Sequence record: MK373794.1
Source: Escherichia phage vB_EcoS_HdK1
DNA: 64,000 nucleotides
Direction: 5' to 3' (one strand)
Part shown: positions 7,780-18,626 of the stretch, piece by piece
Layout of the letters: every line of letters starts with the position of its first letter
Numbering within the stretch: position 1 is the stretch's first letter
Notes under the pieces: generated by a model
Database searches by the model: none
What the model saw: the letters and a program-made list of their open reading frames with translations, nothing else
Told to the model about the DNA's origin: nothing
Position numbers and translations under genes: made by a program

Positions 7780-8018
7780 TTATGCGTCACTTCATCAATG
7801 ATCTTCTTATATTGTGTAAGAAACCGCGATTGCTTTTCATCTATATGATGATTGGACTTGCACAAATTGGAGTCAGTGCTATCGCCATTGATCAGATGCA
7901 CAAGAAACACAGGGCAAACCTGCAACCTTCAACACCACCTGTTTATGTGGTCAATAAGGTTGAACAAATCAAACAAGACATCCGGGAGATAACGTACATT
8001 CCTAAAGTTGAAATGTAG
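7776..8018 (+). CDS. Small membrane protein, 80 aa (possible antiholin or lysis regulator)
   Basis: Single hydrophobic helix; translationally coupled to the holin. Confidence 0.4.
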   Translation: MIMRHFINDLLILCKKPRLLFIYMMIGLAQIGVSAIAIDQMHKKHRANLQPSTPPVYVVNKVEQIKQDIREITYIPKVEM

Positions 8019-8033
8019 ATTGGTTTATAAGTA

Positions 8034-8071
8034 AAGCCCGCTCCTTGAATTTATATCGAGCGGGCTTTTTA
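8034..8071 (+). terminator. Rho-independent terminator after the lysis cassette
   Basis: AGCCCGCTC..GAGCGGGCT stem followed by TTTTT. Confidence 0.65.
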
Positions 8072-8101
8072 TTGACATTTGCTATAACCCTTGCAATTAA
8101 T
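8072..8101 (+). promoter_or_regulatory. Possible sigma70-like promoter upstream of the terminase genes (TTGACA, 18 bp, ATTAAT)
   Basis: Consensus -35 hexamer directly after the terminator; weak -10. Confidence 0.3.
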
Positions 8102-8147
8102 TAATCCACCGCTTATATTCGTGTCAAGAATCGACAGGAGTAACGTT

Positions 8148-8699
8148 ATGGTAAAGCCTATTCTACCTTGGACACGTAGCATTGAATACGAAGCCGATCT
8201 CACTAAAGAAGAGATGGCTATACGTGACTCTGTCGTTGAAGAATATCTGTTCGATTATGATTGGGTTAATGCGTGTAAACGTGTAGGCATGAGCTCCGCA
8301 ATGGCGTTTGATTATGCTAAACGTTTTCAGGATGATAGCTATTGCCAAAGACGAATTAAAGAACTTCAACAGCAGAAAGCAAGAAGTGCTCAACGTGACA
8401 GCAAATATGAAATAGAACAAGAGCGCCAGCGCATCATTGAAGGTCTTAGATTTGAATCCACTTATCGTGGTCCTGGATCTTCTCAAGCTGCTCGTGTTGC
8501 TGCATATAAACAATTATGTAGCATCTTTGGATTTGAAGCTCCTAAGCAACAGAAGATGGATGTTGGTGTATCTACTGGTGTTATGCTGGTTCCTATGGTT
8601 GGTTCTATGGATGATTGGGAAAGAGTTGCTGGGGAGTCTCAGACTAAGCTGCAAGAGGATACTTTAAATGGACTCAATGATTCAGACACCGTCCACTAA
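8148..8699 (+). CDS. terS: Terminase small subunit (putative)
   Basis: About 183-aa gene immediately upstream of and overlapping the large terminase; CAGGAG ribosome-binding site. Confidence 0.55.
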   Translation: MVKPILPWTRSIEYEADLTKEEMAIRDSVVEEYLFDYDWVNACKRVGMSSAMAFDYAKRFQDDSYCQRRIKELQQQKARSAQRDSKYEIEQERQRIIEGLRFESTYRGPGSSQAARVAAYKQLCSIFGFEAPKQQKMDVGVSTGVMLVPMVGSMDDWERVAGESQTKLQEDTLNGLNDSDTVH

Positions 8700-10266
8700 G
8701 GTAGTATGGAAACCACATCCAGGATCTCAGGTACTGGCACTGAGTTGTCCAGCGGATGAGATTTTATATCATGGTACTCGTGGCCCTGGAAAGACCGATG
8801 CCCAGTTGATGCGTTTTCGTCGTTATGTTGGCATGGGGTATGGTAAACACTGGCGCGGTATCATTTTTGACCGAGAATACAAAAACTTAGATGACTTAGT
8901 TGCAAAGTCACAGCGTTGGTTTCCTGAATTTAATGATGGTTGTAAATTCTTATCTTCCAAGTCAGATTATAAATGGGTATGGCCTAGCGGCGAAGAACTA
9001 ATGTTCCGTGTTGCTAAAAAGCCTAAGGATTACTGGCTGTACCACGGTCAGGAATTTCCATTTATTGGATGGAACGAATTAACTAAATATCCCGATAGTG
9101 GGCTTTATGAAGCAATGAAGTCTTGTAACCGTACATCCTTTGTTGCAGAAGAAAACCCGATAATTATTGACGGTGACGTGTATCAGAGAACTGGGCGTCT
9201 TGTGCTTGTTCAACCGGACCATGAATACGCAATGCAGTTCATACTACCACCTTTGCCGTTGCAGATCTTTTCTACGACTAACCCATTTGGGGTTGGACAT
9301 AACTGGGTCAAGAAATATTTTATTAACTCCTGTCCTCTTGGGTCCATGAAGAAGGAAGTAACAAACGTCTTCAACCCGCGTACACAGAAACGGGAAGACG
9401 TAGTTCGAACTCGCTGCCATATATTTGGTTCGTATCGAGAGAACCGCAACTTGACACCCGAGTATGTTGCGCAGCTTGTAAACATTGACGATCCTAACCT
9501 CCGTATGGCATGGCTCGGTGGTAGCTGGGATATTACGTCAGGTGGAATGTTCGACGACCTGTGGCGCCAGAATATACATGTGGTCAAACCATTTCCAATA
9601 CCTCACTCCTGGAGAATTGATAGATCATTTGACTGGGGCTCAAGTAAACCGTTTTCTGTCGGTTGGTGGGCAAGAAGTGATGGTAGCGATATCGTGTATC
9701 CAAATGGGCGTCGTGTACGAACAGTACGAGGTGACTTATTTAGGATCATGGAGTGGTATGGTACTAACGGGAAACCGAACGAAGGTTTAAGATTATTGGA
9801 TTCTGAAATTGCTCGTGGTATCATCGTCAGGGAAATTGAAGCTGGTTTATACGGTCGCGTAGTTCCAGGCCCTGCTGATAACAGCATTTGGGACGTTAAG
9901 GATGGTAACAGTACCGCAGCAACAATGTCTAAACCAATAACCATCAATGGTCGGTCTTATCCAGGTGTACAGTGGATTCGAAGTGATAAATCTCCTGGAT
10001 CTCGTAAAGCAGGTTGGAAACGAATGCGGGAATATTTAGCTGCTTCAATTCCGGATCCTAAGGTTGCCGCTTTACGTGAAAGACCTTCTATGTTTATTTT
10101 TGACAACTGTCATCACTTTATAGATCTTGTTCCAACTCTTGCCAGAGACGAAGATGATCTTGATGATGTCGATACTGATTCTGAAGACCACATTGCTGAC
10201 GAAGCTCGTTATCGCGTAGCCAACGAAGCACGTGGCGGTAGTATCGGTAAGACTGTGGGGACATAA
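8668..10266 (+). CDS. terL: Terminase large subunit
   Basis: 532 aa; N-terminal ATPase region with HGTRGPGKTD Walker A-like motif; C-terminal nuclease-type acidic residues; synteny with portal. Confidence 0.85.
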   Translation: MDSMIQTPSTKVVWKPHPGSQVLALSCPADEILYHGTRGPGKTDAQLMRFRRYVGMGYGKHWRGIIFDREYKNLDDLVAKSQRWFPEFNDGCKFLSSKSDYKWVWPSGEELMFRVAKKPKDYWLYHGQEFPFIGWNELTKYPDSGLYEAMKSCNRTSFVAEENPIIIDGDVYQRTGRLVLVQPDHEYAMQFILPPLPLQIFSTTNPFGVGHNWVKKYFINSCPLGSMKKEVTNVFNPRTQKREDVVRTRCHIFGSYRENRNLTPEYVAQLVNIDDPNLRMAWLGGSWDITSGGMFDDLWRQNIHVVKPFPIPHSWRIDRSFDWGSSKPFSVGWWARSDGSDIVYPNGRRVRTVRGDLFRIMEWYGTNGKPNEGLRLLDSEIARGIIVREIEAGLYGRVVPGPADNSIWDVKDGNSTAATMSKPITINGRSYPGVQWIRSDKSPGSRKAGWKRMREYLAASIPDPKVAALRERPSMFIFDNCHHFIDLVPTLARDEDDLDDVDTDSEDHIADEARYRVANEARGGSIGKTVGT

Positions 10267-10278
10267 GGAGTTCAACAG

Positions 10279-11805
10279 ATGGCCATTTCTTCGGTTCATC
10301 CTAAATATTTACAGTTTAGTGCATTATGGTTGAAGATGCGGGACTGTTTCCTTGGAGCTGACCACGTTAAGGCTCAAGGTACTTTGTATCTTCCACCGAC
10401 ACCTGCTATGCGTTATGACGGTATGAAACCAGGCGAAGATGGCTATATCCGTTACAACGATTATAAAGACCGTGCAGTGTTCCCGGAGTATGTCGCTGAT
10501 GCAGTAGTTAATCACAGTGGTATGCTTCATAGTAAGTCAGCTATTATTCAGTTGCCTGCTGCAATGGAACCCCTTCGTCAATCTGCTACCAGCAAGCGCG
10601 AAGGTTTAGATCAGCTATTACGCCGCATAAACGAGCTACAGCTACGCGATGGTCGTCTTGGCCTTCTGTTGGAGCTGCCAGCGGGAAGTACCCGTGACAC
10701 GCTCCCGTACATTGCGGTATACGAGGCGTTAAGTATACGAAACTGGGACGACGGTGAGGATGATCTTGGTTCACTTAACCTTAACCTAGTTGTTCTGGAT
10801 GAGTCCAAAGAAGTAATGGACAAGACTTCATTTGATTGGACTTATAAAGTTCAATACCGAGTTCTTGTTCTTGGAAGCGCCAATGTAGATGAACCATCAG
10901 ATAGCGGTTACGTGTATGGGCAGTACATGACAGAACTGCTTCCTGGTGAAGATGACGAACCAGAAGAGGTGAGCTCTGACGTTGTAGTTCCTCAATATAA
11001 AGGTACTCCGCTTGAGCAGATACCTTTCGTATTTTGTAACGCTATGGACTTAGTCCCAGAACCAGATAAACCACCGCTACTCGCATTAGCAAACAGATGT
11101 ATTTCCATTTATCAGGGTGAAGCTGATTATCGACAGGCTTTGTTTATGCAGAGCCAGGATACGCTGGTTGTTCGTGGTGGTATTACGAACAGTGACGCAG
11201 TTGATGATAAAGCTCCTGTTCGTGTCGGTGCTGGTGCTCGTATTGATGTATCTCCGGACGGTGATGCCAAATACATTGGTACTAACTCGCAAGGTCTACC
11301 GGAGCAACGTAAAGCACTTGAAGCTGACCATAAAGACGCTCAGACCCGTTCCGGGCATTTAACCAGTGCAGAAAGTGCTTCTCAAGAGTCCGGCGACGCA
11401 CTGGAAACACGTCTTATCACTAAGACTGCTTCATTAGTTGGTATTGCTAAGACTGGTGCTGCTGCGTTAGAAAAAATCCTTCGTATTTGCGCTATATGGA
11501 TGGGATTAAATCCAGACGAAGTTAAAGTTACACCTAACCTTGACTTCAGCAAAGCTAATATTGAAGGCCAGGAATTGGTGCAGGTGCAGACTGCCAAGAA
11601 TCTTGGTGCTCCGTTATGTGCTGAGTCTATGCACAACTGGTTGCAGGATAAGGGGATGACCTCTTTGACGTTTGAAGAGGAGATGAAACGGCTTGAGGAA
11701 GAGCGCAAAGAATACCCGTTCCTTTTACCTCAAGTTAAAAACGATCAGAACCAGATCCAGCAAACAACTGGAGAACAGACGGGGAATGAAAACGCCGCTA
11801 AGTAA
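10279..11805 (+). CDS. Portal protein
   Basis: 508 aa, directly downstream of the large terminase; AAGGAG ribosome-binding site. Confidence 0.75.
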   Translation: MAISSVHPKYLQFSALWLKMRDCFLGADHVKAQGTLYLPPTPAMRYDGMKPGEDGYIRYNDYKDRAVFPEYVADAVVNHSGMLHSKSAIIQLPAAMEPLRQSATSKREGLDQLLRRINELQLRDGRLGLLLELPAGSTRDTLPYIAVYEALSIRNWDDGEDDLGSLNLNLVVLDESKEVMDKTSFDWTYKVQYRVLVLGSANVDEPSDSGYVYGQYMTELLPGEDDEPEEVSSDVVVPQYKGTPLEQIPFVFCNAMDLVPEPDKPPLLALANRCISIYQGEADYRQALFMQSQDTLVVRGGITNSDAVDDKAPVRVGAGARIDVSPDGDAKYIGTNSQGLPEQRKALEADHKDAQTRSGHLTSAESASQESGDALETRLITKTASLVGIAKTGAAALEKILRICAIWMGLNPDEVKVTPNLDFSKANIEGQELVQVQTAKNLGAPLCAESMHNWLQDKGMTSLTFEEEMKRLEEERKEYPFLLPQVKNDQNQIQQTTGEQTGNENAAK

Positions 11806-11877
11806 AGGCGTGCAACGTAAAGCAAAAGCCAAGAGTAAAAAATAGTTGCTTCATTCTTAATGATGTATTAGTCTTTA

Positions 11878-11909
11878 TAGCGCGGTAGAACGGTCTATCG
11901 CGCTTTTTA
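11878..11909 (+). terminator. Hairpin plus T-run after the portal gene (terminator or attenuator)
   Basis: AGCGCG..CGCGCT stem followed by TTTTT. Confidence 0.5.
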
Positions 11910-11936
11910 GTGGAACGGTCCACAATGGAGAATTTT

Positions 11937-12815
11937 ATGAACAAATATCACATTCATCTAGCGGTAGCTTATTCCGCTGGCTTCTTCCAGTCCATGCCTC
12001 GTTTTGGTGCATTGGAACTTGAATATACTTCTGAGGATGAAATCCCGGAAAACGCTCGTGAGTATTATTCCCAAGAAGGTGATAAGTGGATCCTCACTGG
12101 TGTAAAGGGTGGCGGCAAACAGAATATTGACAGGTTGCAATCCGCACTTGAAAAAGAACGCAACGATCATAAAGCGGTTAAGAGTAAGCTAAGTAAGCTG
12201 AACGGACGTGATATTGACGAACTCTTGCAGCGCGACGCTGAATATGAAGAGCTTAAACTGCGTGCGGATAAAGTTGATGATGAAAAGTTGGAGCAGATCA
12301 TTAACGTGCGAATCCGTAACAAGTTGACTCCGCTTGAGCGTGAACGTGACGAGCTGAAAAACAAACTTTCCACCTATGAGAAGCAAGTGGAAGAGCTGAC
12401 CACAAAAGAGAAGAACCGCATCGTTAAGACCGCTCTGAGCAAGGCTGCAATGTCTGCTAAAGTGATCACGGAAGCTATCGACGATGTGGAACTGATTGGT
12501 TCTCGTTTGTTTGAGCTCACCGAAGACGGTCAGGTTGTAACACGCGACGGTGTGGGTGTAACTCCGGGCATCACTCCAGAAATGTGGTTACAGGACATTC
12601 AGGATAAGAAACCTCACTGGTTCCCTGGAAACGTTGGCGGTGGTGCTGGTGGCTCCCGTACTCCTGGCGCGGCTGGTAAGAACCCGTGGAGTGCTGACGG
12701 TTGGAACCTTACTGAACAGGGTAAAATTCTTCGTGAAAATCCTGAAAAAGCAGGCCGTCTGGCAGCCATGGTTGGCGTGGACTTGAAGCGTCCAGTACGT
12801 CCAGTTAAAAAATAA
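11937..12815 (+). CDS. Putative scaffolding protein
   Basis: Charged, coiled-coil-like, Gly/Pro-rich C-terminus; between portal and major capsid; start placed at the ATG preceded by GGAG. Confidence 0.5.
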   Translation: MNKYHIHLAVAYSAGFFQSMPRFGALELEYTSEDEIPENAREYYSQEGDKWILTGVKGGGKQNIDRLQSALEKERNDHKAVKSKLSKLNGRDIDELLQRDAEYEELKLRADKVDDEKLEQIINVRIRNKLTPLERERDELKNKLSTYEKQVEELTTKEKNRIVKTALSKAAMSAKVITEAIDDVELIGSRLFELTEDGQVVTRDGVGVTPGITPEMWLQDIQDKKPHWFPGNVGGGAGGSRTPGAAGKNPWSADGWNLTEQGKILRENPEKAGRLAAMVGVDLKRPVRPVKK

Positions 12816-12822
12816 TAAAATT

Positions 12823-12871
12823 TGTTGACACTCCCTCCGGTTGGTGCTAGTTTTACATCAACCGGAGCACG
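12823..12871 (+). promoter_or_regulatory. TTGACA hexamer plus 9-bp stem-loop upstream of the major capsid gene
   Basis: Inverted repeat CTCCGGTTG..CAACCGGAG at 12833..12871. Confidence 0.35.
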
Positions 12872-12953
12872 GGCTCCGATCAATCAAGGATTATTGGAGC
12901 CTCCCACGGCGGTAGAGTTCCAAAGTAAATCGATTAACTTTGCGGAGACTACC

Positions 12954-14071
12954 ATGTCTAAAATTCTGTCAGCTCCGATGCTTAATTTGCGAGCTACCAA
13001 TTCAATTCTTCTGTCTGCTGTTCGTCGTGGTGCAATCACTGAACTTGCAGATGTTATCGTTCCAGAGATCTTCGTACCGTATGTGCAGAACCGCACAACT
13101 GAAAAGTCCCGACTGATCCAGTCTGGTGCTATTGAGATTTCTGAGCGTCTTAACGCTGCATTGATGGGTGAAGGTACTACCTTTAACCAGCGTTTCTTCA
13201 AAGATCTGGATCGTGACGAAGAAAACGTTTCAAGCGCAAGCGATTCAACCGATTCTACTCCTGGTGGTATCAAATCTGGGCGTGAAATTCAGATCCGTCT
13301 GTCCCGTAACCATTCCTGGGGTTCTGCGGACCTGCTGGACAGCCTGATCTCCCCGGACCCGCTGGATGCTATCATTAACTTAGTGGCAAGCTACCGTCAG
13401 AGCCGTCTGCAACGTGCATTCGTTGCAACTGTCAGTGGTGTGTTTGCTATGAACGCCGCTGCTCTCCGGTTGGTTCCGGTGATAAGAAGTCTACCCATGT
13501 TCAGAACGATATGACCCATGATATCTCTGGTTCATCCTTCACTGATGGTGTGACTAACTTCAACCCGGCCGGTGTTATCCTGGCGGCTGGTACTATGGGT
13601 GACTCCCTGAACGACCTGTCCATGATGATGGTTCACAGTGTGGTTTACCAGCGTATGCAGCTGATGAACCTGATCGACTTCATCCCGGATGCCCGTGCTG
13701 AAGTAATGATCCCAACTTACATGGGCCGTGAAGTTATCGTTGATGATATGATGCCTCACGATAGCGGTAAGTACGAAACCTGGCTGGTCGGTCGTCGTGG
13801 TGCATTCCAGTTAGGTGTTGGTTCACCGAAAGTTCCTGTTGAAACTGAACGTAAACCTGCGTCCTACAAAGGTGGCGGTTCTGAAATCCTGTTCCACCGC
13901 TGGGAAAACATCATTCACCCTGTCGGTCACGCATGGGTTGGTACTGCTGCTGAAGGTGGCCCGGATAACGCCGCTCTGAAGACTGCTGCCAACTGGGCTC
14001 GTGTATTCCCTGAGCGTAAACAGATTAAGATTGCTCGCCCTGATCACTCGCGAACACGCTTAATGCTTTAG
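12954..14071 (+). CDS. Major capsid protein, split into two frames by an apparent frameshift near 13455..13510
   Basis: Track ORFs 12822..13514 and 13511..14071 are contiguous in different frames; alternate frame reads VGSGDKKSTHVQNDMTHD across the junction; position after scaffold; flanked by terminators. Confidence 0.7.
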
Positions 14072-14083
14072 CCATGTAATTAA

Positions 14084-14107
14084 AGGGGCCTATATGGTCC
14101 CTTTTTT
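14084..14107 (+). terminator. Terminator-like hairpin after the capsid gene
   Basis: GGGGCC..GGTCCC stem followed by TTTTTT. Confidence 0.5.
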
Positions 14108-14120
14108 GTTAGGAGGAAAC

Positions 14121-14555
14121 ATGCGTTATCAACGTCATTCAAGACATCGTCGTTATGTACGTCATGAACGTCACGGTTCAGATGCAACACCTAAAGCGAA
14201 GATTAAGACTGTAGGTAAAGTTCAGTATTCAGCTGATGGTGAAAGTGGTTGGCAAGATACAATCCCTGAAGGTCTTATGAAAGTAAGTACACCACTGACT
14301 TTCTACATTCGTGCTAAAGAAGTAGATCCAGAGGATGATGGTTCTTATATCTACAAGTTTGAAATTGCTGCTGGAACTGGTGATGCGTTGTCCCTTCAAA
14401 ATACGGACGTCAACAAAGCAAAAATCTCTGGTACGGCTCCAGAAGGTATGCTGAGTAAAACGTTCAGTGTGAACTGTACTGTTGAAGACAGTTATGGGAC
14501 AGAAGTTACGGGAACTGCATTAACGCAAGCCTGGTCTGCAGCTTCCGAAGTATAA
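14121..14555 (+). CDS. Putative virion protein with Arg/His-rich N-terminus and beta-rich (Ig-like) C-terminal region; possible head decoration protein
   Basis: AGGAGG ribosome-binding site; followed by a strong terminator; composition typical of Ig-like decoration domains. Confidence 0.4.
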   Translation: MRYQRHSRHRRYVRHERHGSDATPKAKIKTVGKVQYSADGESGWQDTIPEGLMKVSTPLTFYIRAKEVDPEDDGSYIYKFEIAAGTGDALSLQNTDVNKAKISGTAPEGMLSKTFSVNCTVEDSYGTEVTGTALTQAWSAASEV

Positions 14556-14579
14556 ACGTTAAATTGCTAGATGTTTTAA

Positions 14580-14615
14580 AGGGTGTTACACTTCGCTTGT
14601 AACACCTTTTATTTT
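14580..14615 (+). terminator. Rho-independent terminator
   Basis: GGTGTTACA..TGTAACACC stem followed by TTTTATTTT. Confidence 0.7.
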
Positions 14616-14625
14616 GAGGAATGAA

Positions 14626-15298
14626 TGATGAAAGACAAGATCATTGAAGGGCTTCGTAAACTCAACGTTGAGAATGACAATCATTGGACTGCCGATGGCC
14701 TGCCTAAAATTGAAGCATTGAAGTTTACAGTTGGCCCGTCCGTCACGCGAGAAGATGTCAATTCTGTTGCGCCTGGGTTCACTCGTTTCAAATCCTGTAA
14801 TTGAGGACGTCGAACATGAAGAAAAGCATGACACTTCCTCATTGCAGGAAACCGAACAGACGGAAGTTGTTGCAGATACCGACAATGCACAATATGAGTC
14901 CTTATCTAAGGCTGAAGCAGATAAGGAAACTGTTAACGGTAAATCGATTGTCACTACGCGAGTAGCTTTAGAAGTCAACGTGAGCGATGCAGTTAAAGCA
15001 ATGCTCAAAGATATTCCAGATATTGACTTTGACACTGTTTCTGTGGAAGAGCTTAAAGAATATGAAAAAGTTCTTTTCGGAACAAGTCAACGCAGACAAC
15101 CAGATGTTATCTGCAATGCACGAACTTGTTGAATCTCGTGCTAAACTGTACGCAAAAGTCAACACTGAAATTGAACGTCGTAAGCCTAAGACCGAGCTGG
15201 CTCACACGTTAGCATCTTTCCGCGATCAGATGGCACAAATCCCACATGTAGTCAATCAGCCTCGTATGGTTGTTCGTAACGGTATTCGCACTCGTTAA
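14626..15298 (+). CDS. Hypothetical structural protein, fragmented by two apparent frameshifts (near 14790 and 15075)
   Basis: Three consecutive frames each read as plausible protein (MMKDKIIEGL.., ..NPVIEDVEHE.., ..EQVNADNQML..); the second junction lies in a GAAAAAGTTCTTTTC homopolymer context. Confidence 0.4.
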
Positions 15299-15306
15299 GG
15301 TGACAT

Positions 15307-15636
15307 ATGGCATTTCGAACAGACAAAAAGTTCTTGTTTCATATGATGCAACGTAACAGACGTCGTCGAGATGCCACGTTGAACCCTGTAAGCGGTGTCC
15401 TGGGGTGGGTAACGCCGCCCCCGTCGACAGGTGTGGTAGATACCGATTACGTTACAACGTGGCAGAATGGACAAACACCTTACGTTGTACAGGTCTTTAA
15501 AGATAAAGAATTGGTCTCACAGAATCAGTCTGATCTGCAGACCTTCACAATTAACGAATCGTCTGCTGCAAGGTATGACATTAAAATTATAAGTGCAGAC
15601 GGTCAGATTCTTAATGGTACAATAGATATTGCCTGA
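15307..15636 (+). CDS. Hypothetical structural protein, 109 aa
   Basis: ORF track; within the head-tail joining region. Confidence 0.4.
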   Translation: MAFRTDKKFLFHMMQRNRRRRDATLNPVSGVLGWVTPPPSTGVVDTDYVTTWQNGQTPYVVQVFKDKELVSQNQSDLQTFTINESSAARYDIKIISADGQILNGTIDIA

Positions 15637-15642
15637 GGTGCA

Positions 15643-16148
15643 TATGACTGTAACTATCATTGTTGAAGATGGGTCTTGTGTACCTAACGCAAATAGCTAT
15701 ATTGATGTCGAATATGCTACGCAATATTTAGAAGACCGTGGATTTACTGTTCCGGGCGGAAGATAAGTTGAAACCTATGCTTATCAACGCAATGGATTTT
15801 ATGGAAAGTCTTAATCGCTATAAGGGTAAGCGCACCAACCAGGATCAGGAACTACAGTTCCCGCGCAGCGGCTTATACAGCGACGGTGTAGAGATTCCAG
15901 GTAATACCATACCCGTAGCAATTAAGCGAGCACAGGCCCAACTGGTCGCGGATACGGTGCAGAGCGGTAAGCCATTATTAAGTAACAGTACCAATTATGC
16001 ACTGAAAAAACGTATTCTTGGACCGCTGACGCTTGAATATGCAGTTGGTCAGAGTGCTGTATTAGAAAGTGCGACACCACACCCGCGTTTCTGGGCTTTG
16101 ATTAATGACTACCTGCGAAGCTCTAGCTCACAAGGAGTAATGCGATGA
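15643..16148 (+). CDS. Putative head-tail adaptor/connector protein, with an apparent frameshift near 15765
   Basis: Short N-terminal frame (MTVTIIVEDGS..) continues in the frame of track ORF 15738..16148; junction at the CCGGGCGG run. Confidence 0.4.
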
Positions 16149-16519
16149 CAATTGCTTCAGAATTTATTGCAATGGCACATGAGATGTTGAACGACCAAGA
16201 AATTGGTTTTGATGGAACACTCATTGTTAAAGTAAAAGAAGATGGAAGTGAATCAAAGCCTTGGGCTCCCACTTTTAAAGAACAAGAAATACCACTGCGT
16301 TTGTTCTATGACGAGCAGTCAAAGACTAGCGTAAACGGTAGTATAGTTCTTCAAGGTGAAAAGGTCTTTATCACTTACGAACCGGACGGTATTAGTCTGG
16401 AAGATTGCATTGGTTTTAAATTTATTGACCACAAAGGGCGCTCGTTCGTTGTTAATGCAGTTGAGCCTATCGGTGCGGGTGGAACTACAATCATTAGTTA
16501 CGTTAAAGTTGGTTCCTAA
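16145..16519 (+). CDS. Head-tail joining protein (putative)
   Basis: ORF track; overlapping-coupled small genes between capsid and tail modules. Confidence 0.4.
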   Translation: MTIASEFIAMAHEMLNDQEIGFDGTLIVKVKEDGSESKPWAPTFKEQEIPLRLFYDEQSKTSVNGSIVLQGEKVFITYEPDGISLEDCIGFKFIDHKGRSFVVNAVEPIGAGGTTIISYVKVGS

Positions 16520-16938
16520 TGGCTAAGAAGAGCTTCCGTGATCAGTTTACCAGTGCTCGATTAAGAGCTATGCAAAAAGCCGCAGGTGAGGTAAAACAAA
16601 GACTTTATGGCTTCGTTAGTGCTGTTGTTGATGACACTCCTGTTAAGGACGGTGAATTACGCGGAAGTTGGCAGATACAGAAATCACCCGACCTTATTGA
16701 GGACAATCTGCCGGAAGACCCGTCCGGAGCTGCTACGAAACAAAGATTGTTTACTATAATAAGATATCTCCCAATCCATCAAGATTGGGATATTTATTTT
16801 GGTAACGGTAAGCCTTATGCTCAGAAGATCGAATATGAAGGTTACAGTAAGCAGGCGCCTAACGGGATGTTGCGTAAGAACATCGCAAGAGGTGGACAAG
16901 CATTCAGTGGATTTAAACTTGGGAGCTTTGATAAATGA
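16519..16938 (+). CDS. Head-tail joining or tail completion protein (putative)
   Basis: ORF track; synteny. Confidence 0.4.
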   Translation: MAKKSFRDQFTSARLRAMQKAAGEVKQRLYGFVSAVVDDTPVKDGELRGSWQIQKSPDLIEDNLPEDPSGAATKQRLFTIIRYLPIHQDWDIYFGNGKPYAQKIEYEGYSKQAPNGMLRKNIARGGQAFSGFKLGSFDK

Positions 16939-17402
16939 TCCCGTATCCGTTTCATTGGGTAGAAGATACCCTGAAATCACACTTAGTGAATAACTATGCT
17001 GAAATGTCACACGCTATGGCGTGGAAGAACTTGACATTTGATGCCAGCGGCTTTAAAGTGTGGTTAAAGATTATCAATACCCCATCCAGTGAAGATCCTG
17101 TAACGTTAGGCCCTTATGGCGATAATGAAATGCGTGGGTTTTTACAGATTGGTATATATTCACAGTTGAATATCGGTATTGAAGAATCTAACGCTGTTCT
17201 TGGGCATGTGAGTAAAATCTTTAGTGTGCCAAGACAGCTCCAGGCACCGGACGGCTGCATGTTAAGACTGACAAGAAAGACGTTTTCCCAGGGCGGGCAG
17301 ACGTCAATTGCAGACTTCACTCGCGGTGGTGTTGAAGGTGTTTGGGATGCTCAATATGTAACAATCTACTGGCTCGCACGTGAGCCTAAACAGAGGATAT
17401 AA
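16935..17402 (+). CDS. Tail completion/terminator protein (putative)
   Basis: ORF track; immediately upstream of the major tail protein. Confidence 0.4.
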   Translation: MIPYPFHWVEDTLKSHLVNNYAEMSHAMAWKNLTFDASGFKVWLKIINTPSSEDPVTLGPYGDNEMRGFLQIGIYSQLNIGIEESNAVLGHVSKIFSVPRQLQAPDGCMLRLTRKTFSQGGQTSIADFTRGGVEGVWDAQYVTIYWLAREPKQRI

Positions 17403-17404
17403 CG

Positions 17405-18586
17405 ATGGCTGAAGGTTCACGTTATAGTAGCTATTACATCAAAGAACAGACCTCCGGTGTCACTCCGTCTAGCGGAACTCTGAAGGTCTTTCGTGCTACT
17501 AAATCGGGTCTTGATATTAAAGTCGCTACTCTGCAATCTGAAGAAATTCGAGATGACGCGGAAGTGGCGGATTTCCGTCTTGGTGCTCGTCACGTAGAAG
17601 GTACAGCAACGGGTGAATTGTCTTATGAGACATTTGACGACCTGTTGGGTGGTGCATTACGTGGTACGTTTGCGGGAGAAGCGTTGACCGCAAGTATCGA
17701 GCGCCAATCTTTTACCTTTATTGACTATAACGCAGATATTCCGGATTTCCCGTATACCATCTATCGTGGTTGTGAAGTTAACAGTCTTGCAATTACTGTA
17801 AGTGCTGAAGCTATCACCAGCGTGGAATTCGGTATCGTTGGTCGTACAATGGAACAGGCTGCTACCCTGCCGTCTGGTCTAAGTAAAGGTACTCGTACGA
17901 CTACGTCACCTATGGATGGCTTCTCTGGTAAGCTAACTATGGGCGATGTGTCTGTTGATGTTATCACTGAGATGGCTATTAACATTGAGAACGGCATCGA
18001 GCCTCGTTTCGTTGTTGGTTCCAAGTTCTCTATCAAGCCAAGCTCTAAACGTCGTCAGATCAGTGGTACACTGACCGCCTACTACGAAGATAACAAACTG
18101 CGTAGTAAATTCCTGAACGAACAGGAAAGCGACCTAACTATCGACATCCTGGACGGAACTACTGGTGCTGGTTATCGTTTCAGTATGCCTCGTATCAAGA
18201 TTACGGAAGCTCCGCGTCCGATCGATGGTGAAGGCGATATCATGCTGAACATGAGTTATACTGGTCTGTTGGACCAAGACGAAGGTTACAGCATTCGTAT
18301 TACTAAACTTCCTCCGATGTCTTTCACGACCGATCTTACAGGAAACAAGACTATCACTAAAGGACAAACACTAACCCTTTCAGTTGTGGTCAAAGGTGGC
18401 GAAGAACCTTATACCTATGTATGGAAGAAAGGTGGTGTTGTTATTCCGGAAGCTAAACAAGCGACATACACTAAATCTAACGCACAAGAGGTGGATGCCG
18501 GTCAGTATGTATGTGAAGTAACAGATTCACATGGTCGTACTATACCGAGCACACCTTGCCTTGTTGCTGTTAATCCTGGTGAGTGA
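17405..18586 (+). CDS. Major tail protein with C-terminal Ig-like domain
   Basis: 393 aa; position upstream of the chaperone pair and tape measure; C-terminal Ig-like pattern (..YTYVWKKGGVVIPEAKQATY..GQYVCEVTDSHG..); followed by a terminator. Confidence 0.7.
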   Translation: MAEGSRYSSYYIKEQTSGVTPSSGTLKVFRATKSGLDIKVATLQSEEIRDDAEVADFRLGARHVEGTATGELSYETFDDLLGGALRGTFAGEALTASIERQSFTFIDYNADIPDFPYTIYRGCEVNSLAITVSAEAITSVEFGIVGRTMEQAATLPSGLSKGTRTTTSPMDGFSGKLTMGDVSVDVITEMAINIENGIEPRFVVGSKFSIKPSSKRRQISGTLTAYYEDNKLRSKFLNEQESDLTIDILDGTTGAGYRFSMPRIKITEAPRPIDGEGDIMLNMSYTGLLDQDEGYSIRITKLPPMSFTTDLTGNKTITKGQTLTLSVVVKGGEEPYTYVWKKGGVVIPEAKQATYTKSNAQEVDAGQYVCEVTDSHGRTIPSTPCLVAVNPGE

Positions 18587-18591
18587 TTGGA

Positions 18592-18613
18592 ACGGGGTGC
18601 AAACCCCGTTTTA
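18592..18613 (+). terminator. Terminator-like hairpin after the major tail gene
   Basis: CGGGG..CCCCG stem followed by TTTT. Confidence 0.55.
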
Positions 18614-18626
18614 TTAAGGAACGATT